IMG/VR virus record: IMGVR_UViG_3300018065_000012
DNA from: a virus
Taxonomy: Duplodnaviria; Heunggongvirae; Uroviricota; Caudoviricetes
Length of the DNA: 35,431 nucleotides
Strand: one strand, 5' to 3'
Part shown: positions 8,849 to 16,233 of the stretch, piece by piece
Layout: every line of letters begins with the position of its first letter
Numbering within the stretch: position 1 is the first letter of the stretch
Translations under genes and position numbers: made by a program
The notes under the pieces: model-generated
The model's input: only the letters and a program-made list of their open reading frames with translations
Database searches by the model: none
What the model was told of the DNA's origin: nothing

Positions 8849-8865
8849 AATGGTAAGGAGACATT

Positions 8866-9639
8866 ATGAAAAATGTGATTGAGAAATTTGCGCGAATGGG
8901 TGCACGGCTCAAAATCAACCAAACAGATCGTCCCGTACGCTTTCGCGCCAACAACGAGTTCCGCATTGACGTTTTGCGCGATAAGAATGGCGAATTTTTC
9001 GACATTCAAACGCAAGACATCGACATGAAAGTGCTTGATGTACAATCCGCAGATCGCCATTTGCTTTTGCGCGTTGGCGATGAAAACTTTCTCTGTGGTC
9101 ACGATGAACGTCAATGGTTTGTCGCTGGCGTGAAAACAAATGCGCCCACAGTCAAGAGAGCAAAGGAAGCGCTGAAACCACTTGGAGTGCGCTCTTCCGA
9201 ACGCAAGAATCGCGTCAAAGGAAAAAACAGAATCAAGCGGCATAACAAAGGTTCTATCCGACAAGGAGAATGGTTCTTTGTCCCTGAGCCAGATGCCAGA
9301 TTTAATGCGAATTTGATTCTCAGAAAAGAACCTTTGATGCGTGGCAACCGTGGCGGTGGAAAACCCCATATTGCGGAGGAACTTGTTCGCATGGGTGGAA
9401 CGACAGTTTATGTTAATCCCCGCCATCGCAACGGTCTGATGGAAAAGGAATACAAAAAACTTTTGGCAGAAACGCCTTCTGCGAAAAGGTGGCGCTGGCA
9501 AGTGATGAAGCGCGACCCAAGGGTTTACGTTCGCGGTAAAATTCGCCATCCCGATCACAAGACAGTAAAGCTTCAAGGATGGTATCGGGTTGAAGTCAAT
9601 GACGAAATTTTCAGCGAGCGAGTAGCTTTTCTTGATTAA
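8866..9639 (+). CDS. Hypothetical basic protein (257 aa).
   Basis: A strong AAGGAGA RBS precedes a long clean ORF. I recognise no motif. Confidence 0.6.
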   Translation: MKNVIEKFARMGARLKINQTDRPVRFRANNEFRIDVLRDKNGEFFDIQTQDIDMKVLDVQSADRHLLLRVGDENFLCGHDERQWFVAGVKTNAPTVKRAKEALKPLGVRSSERKNRVKGKNRIKRHNKGSIRQGEWFFVPEPDARFNANLILRKEPLMRGNRGGGKPHIAEELVRMGGTTVYVNPRHRNGLMEKEYKKLLAETPSAKRWRWQVMKRDPRVYVRGKIRHPDHKTVKLQGWYRVEVNDEIFSERVAFLD

Positions 9640-9643
9640 GTTC

Positions 9644-9671
9644 TTGAATTTTGTTCTTTGAGTTGTATAAT
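9644..9671 (+). promoter_or_regulatory. Sigma70-like promoter: TTGAAT, 16-nt spacer, TGTATAAT.
   Basis: The -35 TTGAAT is at 9644..9649 and TTGTATAAT at 9663..9671. It lies in an intergenic gap 47 nt before the ATG at 9718. Confidence 0.55.
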
Positions 9672-9717
9672 AATAGAGAAGTGTGTGCTTTGTCCTCTGC
9701 TAACTTTGGAGGAAATT

Positions 9718-10764
9718 ATGAGCCATTTTACTGTTCTGGTTCGGTTTTCCGATGCGTTCAAAAATTCTCATGGTGGCGTCCAGCAAGCTATAAACGAAAT
9801 GCTTGCGCCCTATCAAGAAAACAATATGGAAGACTGTCCAAAGGAGTTTCTTGAATTTAATGATGTTGAAAAGGAGTATCGGAAAAAGTACAAGGAAGAA
9901 TCACAGGAATTAGTCCGAATGCCAGATGGTAAATTGATTTCAAAATATAACGACCGATTCAAAAAGCTCAAAGATGGAAGCAAGTATTCATATGATCGCA
10001 TTATTCCTGATGATTGCGAGTTAGTTAACGTGCCTCACAACCAACATTACGCGACGTTTGAAAAATTCATGGAAGATTACGGTGATTATGAAAAAGACGA
10101 AAGTACGGGGAAATACGGCTATTGGGAAAATCCAAATGCCAAATGGGACTGGTTTCAAATTGGTGGCCGTTGGCAAGGTTGTTTGCACGTTAAGAAAGGG
10201 GCGCGAAGCGCAAAGAACGGCGAACCAAGTCTTTTAATGAAGGACCATAAATTTGAAGACGACAAAGTGGATGCTGCTCAAAAATGCGACATCGACTTTG
10301 AAGGTTGGAAAGCTGATACAGACAAACAACTTGAGGAATGGTGGAAGAAATATCAACAACTTTTGAAAGGGACGTTAAAAGAAGACGACAACCCTTTTTA
10401 CGGGATGCATTACGACCTTTGCCAAATGGGGTTGAGAGAAACGCCTGCGGTCAACGACAAAGAAATTGAAGCCGCAAGAAAAAAGTCCCCAAAGGATCGT
10501 TCAAAATGGCCTGAAGCAGTTTGGATGACAAAAGAGATTACAAAAGCCGAACTTGAAATAAACTACCGCTGGCGGTTTGAGTTCAACACTTATGCCGCCT
10601 GTACTGAAAAAGAGGGATGGCTTGAAAAAGGAAAAATGGGCTGGTTTGGTTGTAGCACTGATAAAAGCGAAGACAGGGAGAAATGGGGCAAAAGCTTTTT
10701 CAACCGTTTCTTCTTGAACGCACCGGAGGATGAATGGTTTGCAGTCGTTGACTGCCACATTTGA
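9718..10764 (+). CDS. Hypothetical acidic, Trp-rich protein (348 aa).
   Basis: A GGAGG RBS precedes the ATG and a promoter lies directly upstream. The YGYWENPNAKWDWFQIGGRWQG segment is distinctive but unrecognised. Confidence 0.6.
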   Translation: MSHFTVLVRFSDAFKNSHGGVQQAINEMLAPYQENNMEDCPKEFLEFNDVEKEYRKKYKEESQELVRMPDGKLISKYNDRFKKLKDGSKYSYDRIIPDDCELVNVPHNQHYATFEKFMEDYGDYEKDESTGKYGYWENPNAKWDWFQIGGRWQGCLHVKKGARSAKNGEPSLLMKDHKFEDDKVDAAQKCDIDFEGWKADTDKQLEEWWKKYQQLLKGTLKEDDNPFYGMHYDLCQMGLRETPAVNDKEIEAARKKSPKDRSKWPEAVWMTKEITKAELEINYRWRFEFNTYAACTEKEGWLEKGKMGWFGCSTDKSEDREKWGKSFFNRFFLNAPEDEWFAVVDCHI

Positions 10765-10828
10765 CCTTTCTTAAATTTTGGTTCCGCTTTGTGTGAGAGC
10801 GGTTCGCTTCTGTAGAAAGGAGAGTATT

Positions 10829-12658
10829 ATGGGTAGAATGAAAAAGTTGGCGAAGAACAAGGCGAAGACGGCACGGCTTCCGTCGGAACAGACAAACGCA
10901 ACGGTAAACCGCGCAGGCGGTGTTTCGTTTGATATTACCGTTCCGGCTATCAAGCTGATGACCATGACGGGTGGAAGCTTTTTCATGGAACCGCGTTATT
11001 ACGATGCGGACAAGTGCGTGCCAAAGCGCGAAGCTGGCGGAAAGCTTGGCAAGCTTCAAGAGCGTTTGAAACTGGCAAAGAACAAGTCGTTGGAAGGCAG
11101 TAAGGCGTTGAAAGAATCCAACGTCAATGAGTTGGATGAATTGTCCCGTGAGGTCATGGCAACTGCTTGGGATGTTCTGAACAGCGATAATCCGAGCGAC
11201 TTGCTGAAGATTGCCCACTGGCTGCGGCGTGAAATGAACATCAGAATGACGCCGCAAGTGCTGTTGGTGCTTGCGTCACAACATCCAAACGGAAAGCCTT
11301 TTGTACGCGAGTACACGCCGAAGATAATTGCGCGTCCGGATGAGATCAAGACGGTCATCCTGATGCACAGGTTTTTCTTTGGCATGAAGAACTTGAAGAA
11401 CTGCTTGCGTTACGGTCTGTCTGATGCTATGGCAAAGATGGGCGAGCGCGGCCTGATCAAGTATGAAGGCAAGGATTTTCCAAGCTGGAAGGACGTCCTT
11501 TTCATGGTTGCTCACGCGAAGGATTATCCGCTGAGCAAGCCAGTTGCGGAATACTTCATGTTTGGCAAGGTCAGTGATGAAGCTCCGATTGCTTCCGCAA
11601 GAAAGCAGTTGGCTGGTTGCAAGAAGCTTGGCACAAAGGCGAAGAATCTGATTTCTACGTCTTTTGCAAACTGGGAAGTCGTTTTGTCTCAGTTTGGTCA
11701 GACTGCGGAAAGCAAGAAGGAAGTTTGGGAATATCTTATCAAGGAAAATTTGGTCGGCTACATGGCCATGATGAGAAACCTGCGGAACGTCCTTCAGGCA
11801 GGAGTTGGCGGCGATACGGTCAAGCGTATCCACGACAAGCTGTCTGATCCAGAGCAGGTAAAGCGTTCCAGACAACTTCCTTTCCGTTTTGCGATGGCCG
11901 CAAAGGTGCTTGGTGCTGACTATGGTATCACTGATCGTTGGTACTATGATCGGGACGTAAGCAATCAAAAGTTTGAGTGCAATGAAAAGCACCGCAGTAT
12001 TATTCAGGATGCTTTGGAAAACGCTGCGGACGAAGCGGTGATCAATGTGCCTGAACTTCCGGGCGTGACTGCTGTGTTTGCAGATAACAGCGGTTCAATG
12101 TCGCAGATGGTCAGCGAAAAGAGCAAGGTGTCGTGCGCTTTGGCTGCAAATATGCTTGGTGGTATCGTGGCGAAGCGTTCAGCAAATGCTCGCGTCTGTG
12201 CCTTTGGTACGGATGTAAAAGAAGTCAACTACACGAAGCGGACGCGTGTGCTGGAGTTTGTCGGTAAGCTTGCAAAGGCCGAAACAAATGGCTGCTCCAC
12301 TAACACGCATCGTTGCGCTCAGTGGTTGATGAAGAACGGCATTGCCGCTGACCGTGTGATCATCCTCAGCGACATGCAGTGCTGGGATTCCCGTTCGGCA
12401 GGTAGCAGACGGGGGTTGTGGGGTTATAGTGATCAAAGTTTTGCTGATGAATGGTTCAAGTACAAGAAGTCAAACAAGGACACTTGGCTTCACTGCGTCA
12501 ACTTGAATGGATATGGAGATAGCATGGTTGACGACAAGTCCGACAAAGTGAACCTTGTTGGCGCGTTCAGCGAAAAGATTATCAGCATGCTTCTGGTCAC
12601 TGAAGGCGTAATGACGGACGCAGTTCCAACTCTTGAACAACTTAGAGAGAAGTGGTAA
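10829..12658 (+). CDS. rsr: Ro60/Rsr-like ribonucleoprotein with a TROVE domain and a C-terminal vWA domain.
   Basis: The N-terminal TNATVNRAGGVSFDI...TGGSFFMEPRYY follows the Ro60 TROVE pattern (compare human NSQDGYVWQV...FGSEGGTYYI). The C-terminal vWA has a MIDAS motif VFADNSGSMS with downstream T/D residues (GCSTN, ILSDMQ). An AGGAGAG RBS is present. Confidence 0.62.
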   Translation: MGRMKKLAKNKAKTARLPSEQTNATVNRAGGVSFDITVPAIKLMTMTGGSFFMEPRYYDADKCVPKREAGGKLGKLQERLKLAKNKSLEGSKALKESNVNELDELSREVMATAWDVLNSDNPSDLLKIAHWLRREMNIRMTPQVLLVLASQHPNGKPFVREYTPKIIARPDEIKTVILMHRFFFGMKNLKNCLRYGLSDAMAKMGERGLIKYEGKDFPSWKDVLFMVAHAKDYPLSKPVAEYFMFGKVSDEAPIASARKQLAGCKKLGTKAKNLISTSFANWEVVLSQFGQTAESKKEVWEYLIKENLVGYMAMMRNLRNVLQAGVGGDTVKRIHDKLSDPEQVKRSRQLPFRFAMAAKVLGADYGITDRWYYDRDVSNQKFECNEKHRSIIQDALENAADEAVINVPELPGVTAVFADNSGSMSQMVSEKSKVSCALAANMLGGIVAKRSANARVCAFGTDVKEVNYTKRTRVLEFVGKLAKAETNGCSTNTHRCAQWLMKNGIAADRVIILSDMQCWDSRSAGSRRGLWGYSDQSFADEWFKYKKSNKDTWLHCVNLNGYGDSMVDDKSDKVNLVGAFSEKIISMLLVTEGVMTDAVPTLEQLREKW

Positions 12659-12687
12659 ACAAAATTGTAAATCTCTTTCTGGTTTTT

Positions 12688-12722
12688 GCCCCTGTTGCCG
12701 GTGGTAGCAGGGGTATTTTCTT
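12688..12722 (+). terminator. Rho-independent terminator after rsr.
   Basis: GCCCCTG, a 13-nt loop, CAGGGGT, then ATTTTCTTT. Confidence 0.6.
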
Positions 12723-12739
12723 TAGACAGGGAGCGTGCA

Positions 12740-12976
12740 ATGAAAATGAAATGTCCGGGATGTGGTTCAGAAGAAAGTTTCACGATCAGCGCACATGCAA
12801 TAGTCAAAATTGATTCAGAGGGCAATGAAGGTTTTTCAGAGGATTTGAATTGGAGCGATGACGACGATTGTGAATGTGATGAGTGCAATTTTGCAGCCAA
12901 TGTCGGGAACTTCAAACAAACCGCCGAACGAGTACAAAAAGAAAATTATCATCCACAACAGTTAACTCTTTTCTAA
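12740..12976 (+). CDS. Small zinc-ribbon protein.
   Basis: A GGGAG RBS is present. Two Cys pairs (CPGCG and CECDECNF) flank an acidic stretch. Confidence 0.5.
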   Translation: MKMKCPGCGSEESFTISAHAIVKIDSEGNEGFSEDLNWSDDDDCECDECNFAANVGNFKQTAERVQKENYHPQQLTLF

Positions 12977-12998
12977 ATCAATTCTGAGGGAGGAAACA

Positions 12999-13523
12999 AT
13001 GGCAGAAGCAGTCAAAGCACCCGACGTATACAATTTGCAAACGAAATTGGGGATTTTTTTGGCGGGTAGTATCGAAATGGGAAAAGCCGAAAATTGGCAA
13101 GAACGTGTTACAAAAGGATTGCAGGATGAACAAGACATTGTCATTCTCAATCCCCGCCGTGACGACTGGGACAGCACGTGGACTCAAAGTATTAGCAATC
13201 CACAATTTTATGAACAGGTGACTTGGGAATTGCAGGCTCAAGAAGATGCCAACGTGATCGTGATGTATTTTGACCCGTCAACAAAATCTCCAATCACGCT
13301 CCTTGAGTTGGGAATTTTCTCGCAACACAAATTCACAAAAGACGGCCTGCCAAAGAAAATGATCGTATGTTGTCCAGAAGGTTTTTGGCGCAAAGGAAAC
13401 GTCGATATAACTTGCGAACGCTATGCTATTCAGCAGGTTTCGACGATTGATGAATTGGTTGAACAAACCAGAAAAGCTGCTACTGAAATCCTTACGCAAA
13501 AGCTGAGTAAAGCGTTGGAATAA
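12999..13523 (+). CDS. Nucleoside 2-deoxyribosyltransferase-like (Rossmann, DRTGG/Rcl/LOG-related) protein.
   Basis: GIFLAGSIEMG...VILNP...DW...VIVMYFDPSTKSPITLLELGIF matches the PF05014-type pattern (iYlAGp...D.GTafElGya). A strong GAGGGAGG RBS is present. Confidence 0.45.
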   Translation: MAEAVKAPDVYNLQTKLGIFLAGSIEMGKAENWQERVTKGLQDEQDIVILNPRRDDWDSTWTQSISNPQFYEQVTWELQAQEDANVIVMYFDPSTKSPITLLELGIFSQHKFTKDGLPKKMIVCCPEGFWRKGNVDITCERYAIQQVSTIDELVEQTRKAATEILTQKLSKALE

Positions 13524-13611
13524 TGGTGGTTTTGGACTGTTTTGTTCGCGTTCTTTTGCCTTTATGACCTTTGGATCATTTCTTCTTCTCTGTTGAAGAA
13601 AATGGGCCAAA

Positions 13612-13872
13612 ATGAAAACTTGGACGGTCTATCTCGTGATGTGTTCAGACAATACATTGTATTGCGGTTGCACGACTAATTTGCCATTGCGCATCAGGGT
13701 GCATAATCTGAAAAAGGGTGCGAAATATACACGTGGAAGATGCCCTGTAAAAGTTGTTGCCTTTGTAGAAAACTTATCTCACGGTGACGCGCTAAGGCTC
13801 GAAAGAAAAATCAAGAGTTTGCATAAGGATGAAAAAGTTCCGTTTCTGAAACGCTATAAGCCGACGCGGTAA
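13612..13872 (+). CDS. GIY-YIG domain protein (UPF0213 / YhbQ-like).
   Basis: WTVYLVMCSDNTLYCGCTTNLPLRIRVHN...AKYTRGRCPVKVVAFVE...ALRLERKIK fits the GIY-YIG core (Y..Y.G.T.nl.rR...H, R, E). Confidence 0.6.
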   Translation: MKTWTVYLVMCSDNTLYCGCTTNLPLRIRVHNLKKGAKYTRGRCPVKVVAFVENLSHGDALRLERKIKSLHKDEKVPFLKRYKPTR

Positions 13873-13988
13873 CTTTGGAGGCTTTTGTAAATACCTACAT
13901 AAAAAGTAATTACAGCAAAACAAAATCTCAACATGCATAATTCTTTTATATTTACACGTTTTATAGACAGAGTGTATGGAATCAACTG

Positions 13989-14576
13989 ATGCTGATAGAC
14001 ACTTTCACGTTGAATCGCATTACCGATACGTATGTAAGTGTCGCTTGGACAGCTACAGACCTTACGAAGACCTGTTGGCTTTACAACAATGGGATTTTGA
14101 TTGGTCAGTATCTTGACGGGACGACTCTTGCGCGTGAAGTTGAATTCAGCGTCAAAGAAGATCAATATCACTTGATTGAGATTCACGAAGCGCAAGGTGA
14201 TGATCCAGAAACAGGAATTGATGAAAGCGACCCCGTTGAAACAATTACAGTTGTTTACGAAGATTATGACTTAAAGTGGAATCGCGTTCCTGAAGCAGTT
14301 TATTACGAAATTTTTCATACTGTAGCAAATGGCGTTGAAAGGAAAATCAAAACCGTTTATCAACAAGATGATGTTTCTCTTTACATTCGTCCTGCTCCTG
14401 AGTTGGAACGCGAAGGCGGTATATGGCATCATTTCAGAGTTGAATCAGTCGACGAATGGGAAAACCGTTCCGTAAGAAAACAATGGCACTATTTTGTCTA
14501 TGGGAGACCACCTGTCCCAGAAAGCGTTATAGTGACGGGTGGAAGCGGAGTCTTTGATATCACGGTGAACTTGTAA
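13989..14576 (+). CDS. Hypothetical protein, possibly Ig/FN3-like and virion-associated.
   Basis: A 195-aa ORF at the start of a structural-looking block. The RBS is weak. Confidence 0.4.
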   Translation: MLIDTFTLNRITDTYVSVAWTATDLTKTCWLYNNGILIGQYLDGTTLAREVEFSVKEDQYHLIEIHEAQGDDPETGIDESDPVETITVVYEDYDLKWNRVPEAVYYEIFHTVANGVERKIKTVYQQDDVSLYIRPAPELEREGGIWHHFRVESVDEWENRSVRKQWHYFVYGRPPVPESVIVTGGSGVFDITVNL

Positions 14577-14592
14577 TTGGGAGAATATAATC

Positions 14593-15798
14593 ATGACGAT
14601 AAGGGCGGGTGATCTTCAATATTACTATCCAAATGCGCTTGGCTCCGCTGATGGACAATCCCTGACGGCGTTCAATGTTCAAGGTGGAAGTACGGCAAGA
14701 ACCATTAATAGCAACACGACAGAGGTAGATGATTACTGGAATGATGCTATCTTCGAAGGCTTGACAGGAACCAACGTTGAAGACCAATTGAATCACGTCC
14801 GCGATTATGCGCAAGCCAGCGGTGCAATTGAATTGGCAAATGAGCTTCCCGGCGTGCCTGTAATGCCCGCAACTTTCTATTTGATTCATATGGGAAAAGG
14901 AAGCGCATATCGTTCTGATCATCCAATTCCCGGTTTAAGCCCGACGGATACAGTTTCGCTTTCTGCTTCGTGTGCGATCAATTATGCATCCTTCACCAAT
15001 GGTGAAGGCGATGGTGAACTTGATTACACGAACACTGGCGACCTTCTACAGTGGAAGGCTCCCGGCGATTCTCTTGGCGCTGGCGTTACGATAACAGGCG
15101 ATGGAGAGGTAACTCTCTATTCTGCTGATGAATCAATGTATGCTCGCGTTCAAGTTGACTTTTCTGAATTGCCCGGTTCCGATCAACAAGATACGATCAC
15201 GCTTACACAACCCGTTGGCGAAGTTATTCCGAGCACAGAAGCGGTTCAATCTGAAACTGGAATCACCCGTTACGTTGCTGTTTTCTTCAAGAATATAAAC
15301 AGCGTGGATTCCATGAATGAACTTCACGCGTGGGTTGAACCACGCGTAAGCGCAAGCACCACGGCTGCTGGCGGGATAGGGACAACAGAAGGTACGCTGG
15401 CGGTGACAGATGCAAGTAGTATGCCTGCTCGTTCATTCTGGATTCTGAATGAAACGCTTGATGACTGTCGTTACGTAAAATATCGTTCGGGCAATACTTT
15501 GTATTGTTCTGCTGCTGGCGCGGGTTTGCGCGGAAAAACGGGGCAGACTTGGGTAACTACAAACGTAGTCAGTGTATGGGCTGATGTTGATTTGACAAAA
15601 CCTACGCTTGTTGCTGACGCGTTGCCTTCTGATTTGAGCATTTTGACGTATACAACACCTTTGACGTATGATGATGGTCTTGATTATGGAACGTTTTTAG
15701 CCGATGGGCTTGCGGCGATTGTAATGCGAGAAACGGTACTTGATACTGTTTATCCAATCGACAGTATCTTGACTCAGTTGAAACTTAAGTGGTGGTAG
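14593..15798 (+). CDS. Hypothetical virion structural protein (401 aa).
   Basis: A GGGAGAA RBS precedes a long ORF. It is adjacent to the fibre gene and rich in Gly/Thr/Ser. Confidence 0.5.
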   Translation: MTIRAGDLQYYYPNALGSADGQSLTAFNVQGGSTARTINSNTTEVDDYWNDAIFEGLTGTNVEDQLNHVRDYAQASGAIELANELPGVPVMPATFYLIHMGKGSAYRSDHPIPGLSPTDTVSLSASCAINYASFTNGEGDGELDYTNTGDLLQWKAPGDSLGAGVTITGDGEVTLYSADESMYARVQVDFSELPGSDQQDTITLTQPVGEVIPSTEAVQSETGITRYVAVFFKNINSVDSMNELHAWVEPRVSASTTAAGGIGTTEGTLAVTDASSMPARSFWILNETLDDCRYVKYRSGNTLYCSAAGAGLRGKTGQTWVTTNVVSVWADVDLTKPTLVADALPSDLSILTYTTPLTYDDGLDYGTFLADGLAAIVMRETVLDTVYPIDSILTQLKLKWW

Positions 15799-15799
15799 C

Positions 15800-16174
15800 A
15801 TGAAAATCAGTAAAAAGAAACCAAAAAATATGACGCCGGGTCAAATCAATAAGGAACTGGACAAGCTGAGCAAAGAATCGTCTAAATTGATGGACGACTT
15901 CATTGAGGCTGGTCGAGGTCGTGAGCGTCCTTCAGAGTATTTGAAGAAGTCGGACCCGCTGTCGTCGAAGGCACGAGCTTTATACGATAGGAAGACAGAT
16001 TTGCAGTTTGAAATCAAAAGAAGATATGGGCCAAACGCTCCTTCTCGTTTGCCCCTAAGACGAGGAAACGCAATGGACAATCGCAGAGTGGCTGCTGAGT
16101 TGGTGAAATTGGCGAAGACTCTGGTATCGAATCCAGAAGTTAAAGCGGCTGGTCGTGATTGTAAGTGTGAGTAA
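15800..16174 (+). CDS. Small basic protein with a C-terminal VAAELVKLAK motif.
   Basis: ATG follows 1 nt after the upstream stop. The C-terminus MDNRRVAAELVKLAKTLV matches the N-termini of the 23949 and 24379 products. Confidence 0.5.
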   Translation: MKISKKKPKNMTPGQINKELDKLSKESSKLMDDFIEAGRGRERPSEYLKKSDPLSSKARALYDRKTDLQFEIKRRYGPNAPSRLPLRRGNAMDNRRVAAELVKLAKTLVSNPEVKAAGRDCKCE

Positions 16175-16233
16175 TGGTTTATGCAACATGACAAGGCAAC
16201 CGAAGGGTTGTCTTGTTTTTTGAATGGTGAGTT

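Noticed and set aside
8698-9576. A 292-aa minus-strand ORF, and other long minus-strand ORFs at 10700..11257, 11276..11992, 3654..4121 and 31622..32143.
   Set aside because: Each lies antisense within a + strand gene that has strong domain evidence, an RBS and coupling to its neighbours. They have no RBS or promoter of their own and are consistent with chance open frames.
13873-13988. An AT-rich gap before the structural block, as a late promoter (TTGTAA...TAATTA or TGCATAAT).
   Set aside because: No motif with convincing spacing or consensus was found. It may still hold a phage-specific late promoter that I cannot recognise from sequence alone.
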